Shown: positions 35,301 to 50,300 of the stretch, in pieces
Numbering within the stretch: position 1 is the first letter of the stretch
Layout of the letters: each line of letters begins with the position of its first letter
Source: Lingula anatina
Lineage: Eukaryota; Animalia; Brachiopoda
Direction of reading: 5' to 3'
Length of the DNA stretch: 64,000 bases
NCBI GenBank assembly: GCA_051362555.1
Contig: CM120642.1
Coordinates: 14,322,001 to 14,386,000, forward strand
Notes under the pieces: model-generated
The model's database searches: none
Told to the model about the DNA's origin: nothing
What the model saw: the letters and a program-made list of their open reading frames with translations, nothing else
Made by a program: the position numbers and the translations under genes

Positions 35301-38300
35301 AAGATGATGAGCTCTCCTACCCAGACATGGACTTCACACTTGGATCCAAGCTAAGGTTAGTAAATTTCATTTTTTTGGGGTGTTGGGATGGGTAAATTGA
35401 AGAAATCTAATCTTGTTTTTTGTTTCTTTTTATAGGACGAAGAAGATGATGAGGGACCCCACCCGGACATGGACTTCACACTTGGATCCAAGCTAAGGTT
35501 AGTAAATTTCATTTTTTTGGGGTGGTGGGATGGGTAAATTGAAGAAATCTAATCTTGTTTTTCTTTTCTTTTTACAGGATGAAGAAGATGATGAGGGACC
35601 CCACCCAGACATGGACTTCACTCTTGGATCCAAGTTAAGGTTAGTAAATTTCATTTTTTTGGGGTGGTGGGGTTGGTAAATTGAATAAATCTAATCTTGT
35701 TTTTCATTTCTTTTTACAGGATGAAGAAGATGAAGTGAGACCCCAACCGGACATGGACTTCACCCTTGGATCCAAGTTAAGGTAAGTAAATTTCATTTTT
35801 TTGGTGTGGCGGGAATGGTAAATTGAAGAAATCTAATCCTGTTTTTCGTTTCTTTTTACAAGACAAAGAAGATGATGAGCGCCCCCAACCGGACAAGGAC
35901 TTCACCCTTGGATTCAAGCTAAGGTTAGTAAATTTCATTTTTTGGGGGTGGGGGGATTAGTAAATTGAAGAAATCTAATCCTGTTTTTCGTTTCTTTTTA
36001 CAGGACAAAAAAGATGATGAACGCCCCTACCCAGACATGGACTTCACACTTGGATCCAAGCTAAGGTTAGTAAATTTTATTTTATCGGGGTGGTGGGATG
36101 GGTAAATTGAAGAAATCTAATCTTGTTTTTCGTTTCTTTTTATAGGACGAAGAAGATGATTAGGGACCCCACCCGGACATGGATTTCACACTTGGATCCA
36201 AGCTAAGGTTAGTAAATTTCATTTTTTTGGGGTGGTGGCATGGGTAAATTGAAGAAATCTAATCTTGTTTTTCTTTTCTTTTTACCGGACGAAGAAGATG
36301 AAGTGAGACCCCAACCGGACATGGACTTCACCCTTGGATCCAAGCTAAGGTAAGTAAATTTCATTTTTTTGGGGTGGCGGGAATGGTAAATTGAAGAAAT
36401 CTAATCCTGTTTTTCGTTTCTTTTTACAGGACAAAGAACATGATGAGTGCCCCCAACCGGACATGGATTTCACCCTTGGATTCAAGCTAAGGTTAGTAAA
36501 TTTCATTTTTTGGGGGTGGGGGGATTAGTAAATTGAAGAAATCTAATCCTGTTTTTTGTTTCTTTTTACAGGATGAAGAAGATGATGAGCTCTCCTACCC
36601 AGACATGGACTTCACACTTGGATCCAAGCTAAGGTTAGTAAATTTCATTTTTTTGGGGTGTTGGGATGGGTAAATTGAAGAAATCTAATCTTGTTTTTCG
36701 TTTCTTTTTATAGGACGAAGAAGATGATGAGGGACCCCACCCGGACATGGACTTCACACTTGGATCCAAGCTAAGGTTAGTAAATTTCATTTTTTTTGGG
36801 GTGGTGGGATGGGTAAATTGAAGAAATCTAATCTTGTTTTTCTTTTCTTTTTACAGGATGAAGAAGATGATGAGGGACCCCACCCAGACATGGACTTCAC
36901 TCTTGGATCCAAGTTAAGGTTAGTAAATTTCATTTTTTTGGGGTGGTGGGGTTGGTAAATTGAATAAATCTAATCTTGTTTTTCATTTCTTTTTACAGGA
37001 TGAAGAAGATGAAGTGAGACCCCAACCGGACATGGACTTCACCCTTGGATCCAAGTTAAGGTAAGTAAATTTCATTTTTTTGGTGTGGCGGGAATGGTAA
37101 ATTGAAGAAATCTAATCCTGTTTTTCGTTTCTTTTTACAGGACAAAGAAGATGATGAGCGCCCCCAACCGGACAAGGACTTCACCCTTGGATTCAAGCTA
37201 AGGTTAGTAAATTTCATTTTTTGGGGGTGGGGGGATTAGTAAATTGAAGAAATCTAATCCTGTTTTTCGTTTCTTTTTACAGGACAAAAAAGATGATGAA
37301 CGCCCCTACCCAGACATGGACTTCACACTTGGATCCAAGCTAAGGTTAGTAAATTTTATTTTATCGGGGTGGTGGGATGGGTAAATTGAAGAAATCTAAT
37401 CTTGTTTTTCTTTTCTTTTTACAGGATGAAGAAGATGATGAGGGACCCCACCCAGACATGGACTTCACCCTTGGATCCAAGTTAAGGTTAGTAAATTTCA
37501 TTTTTTTTTGGGGTGGTGGGGTTGGTAAATTGAAGAAATCTAATCTTGTTTTTCATTTCTTTTTACAGGACGAAGAAGATGAAGTGAGACCCCAACCGGA
37601 CATGGACTTCACCCTTGGATCCAAACTAAGGTAAGTAAATTTCTTTTTTTTTGGGGTGGCGGGAATGGTAAATTGAAGAAATCTAATCCTGTTTTTCGTT
37701 TCTTGTTACAGGACAAAGAAGATGATGAGCGCCCCCAACCGGACATTGACTTCACCCTTGGATTCAAGCTAAGGTTAGTAAATTTCATTTTTTTGGGGTG
37801 GTGGGATGGGTAAATTGAAGAAATCTAATCTTGTTTTTCTTTTATTTTTACAGGATGAAGAAGATGATGAGGGACCCCACCCGGACATGGACTTCACACT
37901 TGGATCCAAGCTAAGGTTAGTAAATTTCATTTTTTTGGGGTGGTGGGATGGGTAAATTGAAGAAATCTAATCTTGTTTTTCTTTTATTTTTACAGGACAA
38001 AGAAGATGATGAGCGCCCCTACCCAGACATGGACTTCACACTTGGATCCAAGCTAAGGTTAGTAAATTTTATTTTTTCGGGGTGGTGGGATGGGTAAATT
38101 GAAGAAATCTAATCTTGTTTTTCGTTTCTTTTTTTATAGGACGAAGAAGATGATTAGGGACCCCACCCGGACATGGATTTCACACTTGGATCCAAGCTAA
38201 GGTTAGTAAATTTCATTTTTTTTGGGTGGTGGCATGGGTAAATTGAAGAAATCTAATCTTGTTTTTCTTTTCTTTTTACCGGACGAAGAAGATGAAGTGA

Positions 38301-41300
38301 GACCCCAACCGGACATGGACTTCACCCTTGGATCCAAGCTAAGGTAAGTAAATTTCATTTTTTTGGGGTGGCGGGAATGGTAAATTGAAGAAATCTAATC
38401 CTGTTTTTCGTTTCTTTTTACAGGACAAAGAACATGATGAGTGCCCCCAACCGGACATGGATTTCACCCTTGGATTCAAGCTAAGGTTAGTAAATTTCAT
38501 TTTTTGGGGGTGGGGGGATTAGTAAATTGAAGAAATCTAATCCTGTTTTTTGTTTCTTTTTACAGGATGAAGAAGATGATGAGCTCTCCTACCCAGACAT
38601 GGACTTCACACTTGGATCCAAGCTAAGGTTAGTAAATTTCATTTTTTTGGGGTGTTGGGATGGGTAAATTGAAGAAATCTAATCTTGTTCTTCGTTTCTT
38701 TTTATAGGATGAAAAAGATGATGAGGGACCCCACCCGGACATGGACTTCACACTTGGATCCAAGCTAAGGTTAGTAAATTTCATTTTTTTGGGGTGGTGG
38801 GATGGGTAAATTGAAGAAATCTAATCTTGTTTTTCTTTTCTTTTTACAGGATGAAGAAGATGATGAGGGACCCCACCCAGACATGGACTTCACACTTGGA
38901 TCCAAGTTAAGGTTAGTAAATTTCATTTTTTTGGGGTGGTGGGGTTGGTAAATTGAATAAATCTAATCTTGTTTTTCATTTCTTTTTACAGGATGAAGAA
39001 GATGAAGTGAGACCCCAACCGGACATGGACTTCACCCTTGGATCCAAGTTAAGGTAAGTAAATTTCATTTTTTTGGTGTGGCGGGAATGGTAAATTGAAG
39101 AAATCTAATCCTGTTTTTCGTTTCTTTTTACAGGACAAAGAAGATGATGAGCGCCCCCAACCGGACAAGGACTTCACCCTTGGATTCAAGCTAAGGTTAG
39201 TAAATTTCATTTTTTGGGGGTGGGGGGATTAGTAAATTGAAGAAATCTAATCCTGTTTTTCGTTTCTTTTTACAGGACAAAAAAGATGATGAACGCCCCT
39301 ACCCAGACATGGACTTCACACTTGGATCCAAGCTAAGGTTAGTAAATTTTATTTTATCGGGGTGGTGGGATGGGTAAATTGAAGAAATATAATCTTGTTT
39401 TTCTTTTCTTTTTACAGGATGAAGAAGATGATGACCGACCCCACCCAGACATGGACTTCACCCTTGGATCCAAGTTAAGGTTAGTAAATTTCATTTTTTT
39501 TTGGGGTGGTGGGGTTGGTAAATTGAAGAAATCTAATCTTGTTTTTCATTTCTTTTTACAGGACGAAGAAGATGAAGTGAGACCCCAACCGGACATGGAC
39601 TTCACCCTTGGATCCAAACTAAGGTAAGTAAATTTCTTTTTTTTTTTGGGGTGGCGGGAATGGTAAATTGAAGAAATCTAATCCTGTTTTTCGTTTCTTG
39701 TTACAGGACAAAGAAGATGATGAGCGCCCCCAACCGGACATTGACTTCACCCTTGGATTCAAGCTAAGGTTAGTAAATTTCATTTTTTTGGGGTGGTGGG
39801 ATGGGTAAATTGAAGAAATCTAATCTTGTTTTTCTTTTATTTTTACAGGATGAAGAAGATGATGAGGGACCCCACCCGGACATGGACTTCACACTTGGAT
39901 CCAAGCTAAGGTTAGTAAATTTCATTTTTTTGGGGTGGTGGGATGGGTAAATTGAAGAAATCTAATCTTGTTTTTCTTTTATTTTTACAGGATGAAGAAG
40001 ATGATGAGGGACCCCACCCAGACATGGACTTCACTCTTGGATCCAAGTTAAGGTTAGTTAATTTCATTTTTTTGGGGTGGTGGGGTTGGTAAATTGAAGA
40101 AATCTAATCTTGTTTTTCATTTCTTTTTACAGGACGAAGAAGATGAAGTGAGACCCCAACCGGACATGGACTTCACCCTTGGATCCAAGCTAAGGTAAGT
40201 AAATTTCATTTTTTTTGGGGTGGCGGGAATGGTAAATTGAAGAAATCTAATCCTGTTTTTCGTTTCTTTTTACAGGACAAAGAAGATGATGAGCGCCCCC
40301 AACCGGACATGGACTTCACCCTTGGATTCAAGCTAAGGTTAGTAAATTTCATTTTTTGGGGAGGGGGGGATTAGTAAATTGAAGAAATCTAATCCTGTTT
40401 GTCGTTTCTTTTTACAGGACAAAGAAAATGATGAGCGCCCCTACCCAGACATGGACTTCACTCTTGGATCCAAGTTAAGGTTAGTAAATTTCATTTTTTT
40501 GGGGTGGTGGGGTTGGTAAATTGAATAAATCTAATCTTGTTTTTCGTTTCTTTTTACAGGATGAAGAAGATGATGAGCGCCCCCAACCGGACATGGACTT
40601 CACACTTGGATTCAAGCTAAGGTTAGTAAATTTCATTTTTTGGGGGTGGGGGGATTAGTAAATTGAAGAAATCTAATCCTGTTTTTCGTTTCTTTTTACA
40701 GGACAAAGAAAATGATGAACGCCCCTACCCAGACATGGACTTCACACTTGGATCCAAGCTAAGGTTAGTAAATTTTATTTTATCGGGGTGGTGGGATGGG
40801 TAAATTGAAGAAATCTAATCTTGTTTTTCGTTTCTTTTCATAGGACGAAGAAGATGATGAGGGACCCCACCCGGACATGGATTTCACACTTGGATCCAAG
40901 CTAGGGTTAGTAAATTTCATTTTTTTGGGGTGGTGGGATGGGTAAATTGAAGAAATCTAATCTTGTTTTTCTTTTCTTTTTACAGGATGAAGAAGATGAT
41001 GAGGGACCCCACCCAGACATGGACTTCACCCTTGGATCCAAGTTAAGGTTAGTAAATTTCATTTTTTTTTGGGGTGGTGGGGTTGGTAAATTGAAGAAAT
41101 CTAATCTTGTTTTTCATTTCTTTTTACAGGACGAAGAAGATGAAGTGAGACCCCAACTGGACATGGACTTCACCCTTGGATCCAAACTAAGGTAAGTAAA
41201 TTTCTTTTTTTTTGGGGTGGCGGGAATGGTAAATTGTAGAAATCTAATCCTGTTTTTCGTTTCTTGTTACAGGACAAAGAAGATGATGAGCGCCCCCAAC

Positions 41301-44300
41301 CGGACATGGACTTCACCCTTGGATTCAAGCTAAGGTTAGTAAATTTCATTTTTTTGGGATGGTGGGATGGGTAAATTGAAGAAATCTAATCTTGTTTTTC
41401 TTTTATTTTTACAGGATGAAGAAGATGATGAGGGACCCCACCCGGACATGGACTTCACACTTGGATCCAAGCTAAGGTTAGTAAATTTAATTTTTTTGGG
41501 GTGGTGGGATGGGTAAATTGAAGAAATCTAATCTTGTTTTTCTTTTATTTTTACAGGATGAAGAAGATGATGAGGGACCCCACCCAGACATGGACTTCAC
41601 TCTTGGATCCAAGTTAAGGTTAGTAAATTTCATTTTTTTGGGGTGGTGGGGTTGGTAAATTGAAGAAATCTAATCTTGTTTTTCATTTCTTTTTACAGGA
41701 CGAAGAAGATGAAGTGAGACCCCAACCGGACATGGACTTCACCCTTGGATCCAAGCTAAGGTAAATAAATTTCATTTTTTTGGGGTGGCGGGAATGGTAA
41801 ATTGAAGAAATCTAATCCTGTTTTTCGTTTCTTTTTACAGGACAAAGAAGATGATGAGCGCCCCCAACCGGACATGGACTTCACCCTTGGATTCAAGCTA
41901 AGGTTAGTAAATTTCATTTTTTGGGGAGGGGGGGATTAGTAAATTTAAGAAATCTAATCCTGTTTGTCGTTTCTTTTTACAGGACAAAGAAGATGATGAG
42001 CGCCCCTACCCAGACATGGACTTCACACTTGGATCCAAGCTAAGGTTAGTAAATTTTATTTTTTCGGGGTGGTGGGATGGGTAAATTGAAGAAATCTAAT
42101 CTTGTTTTTTGTTTCTTTTTATAGGACGAAGAAGATGATGAGGGACCCCACCCGGACATGGACTTCACACTTGGATCCAAGCTAAGGTTAGTAAATTTCA
42201 TTTTTTTTGGGTGGTGGGATGGGTAAATTGAAGAAATCTTATCTTGTTTTTCTTTTCTTTTTACCGGACGAAGAAGATGAAGTGAGACCCCAACCCGACA
42301 TGGACTTCACCCTTGGATCCAAGCTAAGGTTAGTAAATTTCATTTTTTTGGGGTGGTGGGATGGGTAAATTGAAGAAATCTAATCTTGTTTTTCTTTTCT
42401 TTTTACCGGACGAAGAAGATGAAGTGAGACCCCAACCGGACATGGACTTCACCCTTGGATCCAAGCTAAGGTAAGTAAATTTCATTTTTTTGGGGTGGCG
42501 GGAATGGTAAATTGAAGAAATCTAATCCTGTTTTTTGTTTCTTTTTACAGGACAAAGAAGATGATGAGCGCCCCTACCCAGACATGTACTTCACACTTGA
42601 ATCCAAGCTAAGGTTAGTAAATTTTATTTTTTCGGGGTGGTGGGATGGGTAAATTGAAGAAATCTAATCTTGTTTTTTGTTTCTTTTTATAGGACGAAGA
42701 AGATGATGAGGGACCCCACCCGGACATGGACTTCACACTTGGATCCAAGCTAAGGTTAGTAAATTTCATTTTTTTGGGGTGGTGGGATGGGTAAATTGAA
42801 GAAATCTAATCTTGTTTTTCTTTTCTTTTTACAGGATGAAGAAGATGATGAGAGACCCCACCCAGACATGGACTTCACTCTTGGATCCAAGTTAAGGTTA
42901 GTAAATTTCATTTTTTTGGGGTGCTGGGGTTGGTAAATTGAATAAATCTAATCTTGTTTTTCATTTCTTTTTACAGGATGAAAAAGATGAAGTGAGACCC
43001 CAACCGGACATGGACTTCACCCTTGGATCCAAGCTAAGGTAAGTAAATTTCATTTTTTTGGGGTGGCGGGAATGGTAAATTGAAGAAATCTAATCCTGTT
43101 TTTCGTTTCTTTTTACAGGACAAAGAAGATGATGAGCGCCCCTTCCCAGACATGGACTTCACACTTGGATCCAAGCTAAGGTTAGTAAAATTTATTTTAT
43201 CGGGGTGGTGGGATGGGTAAATTAAATAAATCTAATCTTGTTTTTCATTTCTTTTTACAGGACGAAGAAGATGAAGTGAGACCCCAACCGGACATGGACT
43301 TCACCCGTGGATCCAAGCTAAGGTAAGTAAATTTCATTTTTTTGGGGTGTTGGGAATGGTAAATTGAAGAAATCTAATCCTGTTTTTCTTTTCTTTTTAC
43401 AGGATGAAGAAGATGATGAGGGACCCCACCCAGACATGGACTTCACTCTTGGATCAAAGTTAAGGTTAGTAAATTTCATTTTTTTGGGGTGGTGGGATGG
43501 GTAAATTGAAGAAATCTAATCTTGTTTTTCTTTTCTTTTTATAGGACGAAGAAGATGATGAGGGACCCCACCCAGACATGGACTTCACACTTGGATCCAA
43601 GCTAAGGTTAGTAAATTTCATTTTTTTAGGGTGGTGGGATGGGTAAATTAAATAAATCTAATCTTCTTTTTCATTTCTTTTTACAGGACGAAGAAGATGA
43701 AGTGAGACCCCAACCGGACATGGACTTCACCCTTGGATCCAAGCTAAGGTAAGTAAATTTTATTTTTTTGGGGTGGCGGGAATGGTAAATTGAAGAAATC
43801 TAATCCTGTTTTTCGTTTCTTTTTACAGGACAAAGAAGATGATGAGCGCCCCCAACCAGACATGGACTTCACCCTTGGATTCAAGCTAAGGTTAGTAAAT
43901 TTCATTTTTTAGAGTGGGGAGATTAGTAAATTGAAGAAATCTAATCCTGTTTTTCGTTTCTTTTTACAGGACAAAGAAGATGATGAGCGCCCCCAACCGG
44001 ACATGGACTTCACCCTTGGATTCAAGCTAAGGTTAGTAAATTTCATTTTTTGGGGGTGGGGGGATTAGTAAATTGAAGAAATCTAATCCTGTTTTTCGTT
44101 TCTTTTTACAGGACAAAGAAGATGATAAGCGCCCCTACCCAGACATGGACTTCACATTTGGATCCAAGCTAAGGTCAGTAAATTTTATTTTTTCGGGATG
44201 ATGGGATGGGTAAATTGAAGAAATCTAATCTTGTTTTTCATTTCTTTTTACAGGATGAAGAAGATGATGAGGGACCCCACCCAGACATGGACTTCACTCT

Positions 44301-47300
44301 TGGATCAAAGTTAAGGTTAGTAAATTTCATTTTTTTGGGGTGGTGGGATGGGTAAATTGAAGAAATCTAATCCTGTTTTTCGTTTCTTTTTACAGGACAA
44401 AGAAGATGATGAGCGCCCCTTCCCAGACATGGACTTCACACTTGGATCCAAGCTAAGGTTAGTAAATTTTATTTTATCGGGGTGGTGGGATGGGTAAATT
44501 AAATAAATCTAATCTTGTTTTTCATTTCTTTTTACAGGATAAAGAAGATGAAGTGAGACCCCAACCGGACATGGACTTCACCCGTGGATCCAAGCTAAGG
44601 TAAGTAAATTTCATTTTTTTGGGGTGGCGGGAATGGTAAATTGAAGAAATCTAATCCTGTTTTTCTTTTCTTTTTACAGGATGAAGAAGATGATGAGGGA
44701 CCCCACCCAGACATGGACTTCACTCTTGGATCAAAGTTAAGGTTAGTAAATTTCATTTTTTTGGGGTGGTGGGATGGGTAAATTGAAGAAATCTAATCTT
44801 GTTTTTCTTTTCTTTTTATAGGACGAAGAAGATGATGAGGGACCCCACCCAGACATGGACTTCACACTTGGATCCAAGCTAAGGTTAGTAAATTTCATTT
44901 TTTTAGGGTGGTGGGATGGGTAAATTAAATAAATCTAATCTTCTTTTTCATTTCTTTTTACAGGACGAAGAAGATGAAGTGAGACCCCAACCGGACATGG
45001 ACTTCACCCTTGGATCCAAGCTAAGGTAAGTAAATTTTATTTTTTTGGGGTGGCGGGAATGGTAAATTGAAGAAATCTAATCCTGTTTTTCGTTTCTTTT
45101 TACAGGACAAAGAAGATGATGAGCGCCCCCAACCGGACATGGACTTCACCCTTGGATTCAAGCTAAGGTTAGTAAATTTCATTTTTTGGGGTGGGGAGAT
45201 TAGTAAATTGAAGAAATCTAATCCTGTTTTTCGTTTCTTTTTACAGGACAAAGAAGATGATGAGCGCCCCTTCCCAGACATGGACTTCACACTTGGATCC
45301 AAGCTAAGGTTAGTAAATTTTATTTTTTCGGTGTGGTGGGATGGGTAAATTGAAGAAATCTAATCTTGTTTTTGTTTTCTTTTTACAGAATGAAGAAGAT
45401 GATGAGGGACCCCACCCAGATATGGACTTCACACTTGGATCCAAGCTAAGGTTAGTAAATTTCATTTTTTTGGGGTGATGGGGTTGGTAAATTGAAGAAA
45501 TCTAATCTTGTTTTTCATTTCTTTTTACAGGACGAAGAAGATGAAGTGAGACCCCAACCGGACATGGACTTCACCCTTGGATCCAAGCTAAGGTAAGTAA
45601 ATTTCATTTTTTTGGGGTGGCGGGAATGGTAAATTGAAGAAATCTAATCCTGTTTTTCGTTTCTTTTTACAGGACAAAGAAGATGATGAGCGCCCCCAAC
45701 CGGACATGGACTTCACCCTTGGATTCAAGCTAAGGTTAGTAAATTTCATTTTTTGGGGGTGGGGGGATTAGTAAATTGAAGAAATCTAATCCTGTTTTTC
45801 GTTTCTTTTTACAGGACAAAGAAGATGATGAGCGCCCCTACCCAGACATGGACTTCACACTTGGATCCAAGGTAAGGTTAGTAAATTTTATTTTTTCGGG
45901 GTGGTGGGATGGGTAAATTGAAGAAATCTAATCTTGTTTTTCGTTTCTTTTTATAGGACGAAGAAGATGATGAGGGACCCCACCCGGACATGGACTTCAC
46001 ACTTGGATCCAAGCTAAGGTTAGTAAATTTCATTTTTTTGGGGTGGTGGGATGGGTAAATTGAAGAAATCTAATCTTGTTTTTCTTTTTTTTTTTACAGG
46101 ATGAAGAAGATGATGAGGGACCCCACCCAGACATGGACTTCACTCTTGGATCCAAGTTAAGGTTTGTAAATTTCATTTTTTTGGGGTGATGGGGTTGGTA
46201 AATTGAAGAAATCTAATCTTGTTTTTCATTTCTTTTTACAGGACGAAGAAGATGAAGTGAGACCCCAACCGGACATGGACTTCACCCTTGGATCCAAGCT
46301 AAGGTAAGTAAATTTCATTTTTTTGGGGTGGCGGGAATGGTAAATTGAAGAAATCTAATCCAGTTTTTCGTTTCTTTTTACAGGACAAAGAAGATGATGA
46401 GCGCCCCCAACCGGACATGGACTTCACCCTTGGATTCAAGCTAAGGTTAGTAAATTTCATTTTTTGGGGGTGGGGGGATTAGTAAATTGAAGAAATCTAA
46501 TCCTGTTTTTCGTTTCTTTTTACAGGACAAAGAAGATGATGAGCGCCCCTACCCAGACATGGATTTCACACTTGGATCCAAGCTAAGGTTAGTAAATTTT
46601 ATTTTTTCGGGGTGGTGGGATGGGTAAATTGAAAAAATCTAATCTTGTTTTTCGTTTCTTTTTATAGGACGAAGAAAATGATGAGGGACCCCACTCGGAC
46701 ATGGACTTCACACTTGGATCCAAGCTAAGGTTAGTAAATTTCATTTTTTTGGGGTGGTGGGATGGGTAAATTGAAGAAATCTAATCTTGTTTTTCTTTTA
46801 TTTTTACAGGATGAAGAAGATGATGAGGGACCCCACCCAGACATGGACTTCACTCTTGGATCCAAGTTAAGGTTAGTAAATTTCATTTTTTTGGGGTGAT
46901 GGGGTTGGTAAATTGAAGAAATCTAATCCTGTTTTTCGTTTCTTTTTACAGGACGAAGAAGATGAAGTGAGACCCCAACCGGACATGGACTTCACCCTTG
47001 GATCCAAGCTAAGGTAAGTAAATTTCATTTTTTTGGGGTGGCGGGAATGGTAAATTGAAGAAATCTAATCCTGTTTTTCGTTTCTTTTTACAGGACAAAG
47101 AAGATGATGAGCGCCCCCAACCGGACATGGACTTCACCCTTGGATTCAAGCTAAGGTTAGTAAATTTCATTTTTTGGGGGTGGGGGGATTAGTAAATTGA
47201 AGAAATCTAATCCTGTTTTTCGTTTCTTTTTACAGGACAAAGAAGATGATGAGCGCCCCTTCCCAGACATGGACTTCACACTTGGATCCAAGCTAAGGTT

Positions 47301-50300
47301 AGTAAAATTTATTTTATCGGGTTGGTGGGATGGGTAAATTAAATAAATCTAATCTTGTTTTTCATTTCTTTTTACAGGACGAAGAAGATGAAGTGAGACC
47401 CCAACCGGACATGGACTTCACCCGTGGATCCAAGCTAAGGTAAGTAAATTTCATTTTTTTGGGGTGGCGGGAATGGTAAATTGAAGAAATCTAATCCTGT
47501 TTTTCTTTTCTTTTTACAGGATGAAGAAGATGATGAGGGACCCCACCCAGACATGGACTTCACCCTTGGATTCAAGCTAAGGTTAGTAAATTTCATTTTT
47601 TAGGGGTGGGGGGATGGGTAAATTGAAGAAATCTAATCCTGTTTTTCTTTTCTTTTTACAGGACGAAGAAGATGATGAGGGACCCCACCCAGACATGGAC
47701 TTCACACTTGGATCCAAGCTAAGGTTAGTAAATTTCATTTTTTTAGGGTGGTGGGATGGGTAAATTGAAGAAATCTAATCCTGTTTTTCGTTTCTTTTTA
47801 CAGGACAAAGAAGATGATGAGCGCCCCCAACCGGACATGGACTTCACCCTTGGATTCAAGCTAAGGTTAGTAAATTTCATTTTTTGGGGGTGGGGGGATT
47901 AGTAATTTGAAGAAATCTAATCCTGTTTTTCGTTTCTTTTTACAGGACAAAGAAGATGATAAGCGCCCCTACCCAGACATGGACTTCACATTTGGATCCA
48001 AGCTAAGGTCAGTAAATTTTATTTTTTCGGGATGGTGGGATGGGTAAATTGAAGAAATCTAATCTTGTTTTTCGTTTCTTTTTATAGGACGAAGAAGATG
48101 ATGAGGGACCCCACCCGGACATGGACTTCACACTTGGATCCAAGCTAAGGTTAGTAAATTTCATTTTTTTGGGGTGGTGGGATGGGTAAATTGAAGAAAT
48201 CTAATCTTGTTTTTCTTTTCTTTTTACAGGATGAAGAAGATGATAAGGGACCCCACCCAGACATGGACTTCACTCTTGGATCCAAGTTAAGGTTAGTAAA
48301 TTTCATTTTTTTGGGGTGGTGGGGTTGGTAAATTGAATAAATCTAATCTTGTTTTTCATTTCTTTTTACAGGATGAAGAAGATGAAGTGAGACCCCAACC
48401 GGACATGGACTTCACCCTTGGATCCAAGCTAAGGTAAGTAAATTTCATTTTTTTGGGGTGGCGGGAATGGTAAATTGAAGAAATCTAATCCTGTTTTTCG
48501 TTTCTTTTTACAGGACAAAGAAGATGATGAGCGCCCCTTCCCAGACATGGACTTCACACTTGGATCCAAGCTAAGGTTAGTAAATTTTATTTTATCGGGG
48601 TGGTGGGATGGGTAAATTAAATAAATCTAATCTTGTTTTTCATTTCTTTTTACAGGACGAAGAAGATGAAGTGAGACCCCAACCGGACATGGACTTCACC
48701 CGTGGATCCAAGCTAAGGTAAGTAAATTTCATTTTTTTGGGGTGGCGGGAATGGTAAATTGAAGAAATCTAATCCTGTTTTTCTTTTCTTTTTACAGGAT
48801 GAAGAAGATGATGAGGGACCCCACCCAGACATGGACTTCACTTTTGGATCAAAGTTAAGGTTAGTAAATTTCATTTTTTTGGGGTGGTGGGATGGGTAAA
48901 TTGAAGAAATCTAATCTTGTTTTTCTTTTCTTTTTATAGGACGAAGAAGATGATGAGGGACCCCACCCAGACATGGACTTCACACTTGGATCCAAGCTAA
49001 GGTTAGTAAATTTCATTTTTTTAGGGTGGTGGGATGGGTAAATTGAAGAAATCTAATCTTGTTTTTCATTTCTTTTTACAGGACGAAGAAGATGAAGTGA
49101 GACCCCAACCGGACATGGACTTCACCCTTGGATCCAAGCTAAGGTAAGTAAATTTCATTTTTTTGGGGTGGCGGGAATGGTAAATTGAAGAAATCTAATC
49201 CTGTTTTTCGTTTCTTTTTACAGGACAAAGAAGATGATGAGCGCCCCCAACCGGACATGGACTTCACCCTTGGATTCAAGCTAAGGTTAGTAAATTTCAT
49301 TTTTTGGGGGTGGGGGGATTAGTAAATTGAAGAAATCTAATCCTGTTTTTCGTTTCTTTTTACAGGACAAAGAAGATGATGAGCGCCCCTACCCAGACAT
49401 GGACTTCACACTTGGATCCAAGGTAAGGTTAGTAAATTTTATTTTTTCGGGGTGGTGGGATGGGTAAATTGAAGAAATCTAATCTTGTTTTTCGTTTCTT
49501 TTTATAGGACGAAGAAGATGATGAGGGACCCCACTCGGACATGGACTTCACACTTGGATCCAAGCTAAGGTTAGTAAATTTCATTTTTTTGGGGTGGTGG
49601 GATGGGTAAATTGAAGAAATCTAATCTTGTTTTTCTTTTATTTTTACAGGATGAAGAAGATGATGAGGGACCCCACCCAGACATGGACTTCACTCTTGGA
49701 TCCAAGTTAAGGTTAGTAAATTTCATTTTTTTGGGGTGATGGGGTTGGTAAATTGAAGAAATCTAATCCTGTTTTTCGTTTCTTTTTACAGGACGAAGAA
49801 GATGAAGTGAGACCCCAACCGGACATGGACTTCACCCTTGGATCCAAGCTAAGGTAAGTAAATTTCATTTTTTTGGGGTGGGGGGATTAGTAAATTGAAG
49901 AAATCTAATCCTGTTTTTCGTTTCTTTTTACAGGACAAAGAAGATGATGAGCGCCCCTACCCAGACATGGACTTCACACTTGGATCTAAGCTAAGGTTAG
50001 TAAATTTCATTTTTTTGGGGTGATGGGATGGGTAAATTGAAGAAATCTAATCTTGTTTTTCTTTTATTTTTACAGGATGAAGAAGATGATGAGGGACCCC
50101 ACTCGGACATGGACTTCACACTTGGATCCAAGCTAAGGTTAGTAAATTTCATTTTTTTGGGGTGGTGGGATGGGTAAATTGAAGAAATCTAATCTTGTTT
50201 TTCTTTTATTTTTACAGGATGAAGAAGATGATGAGGGACCCCACCCAGACATGGACTTCACTCTTGGATCCAAGTTAAGGTTAGTAAATTTCATTTTTTT

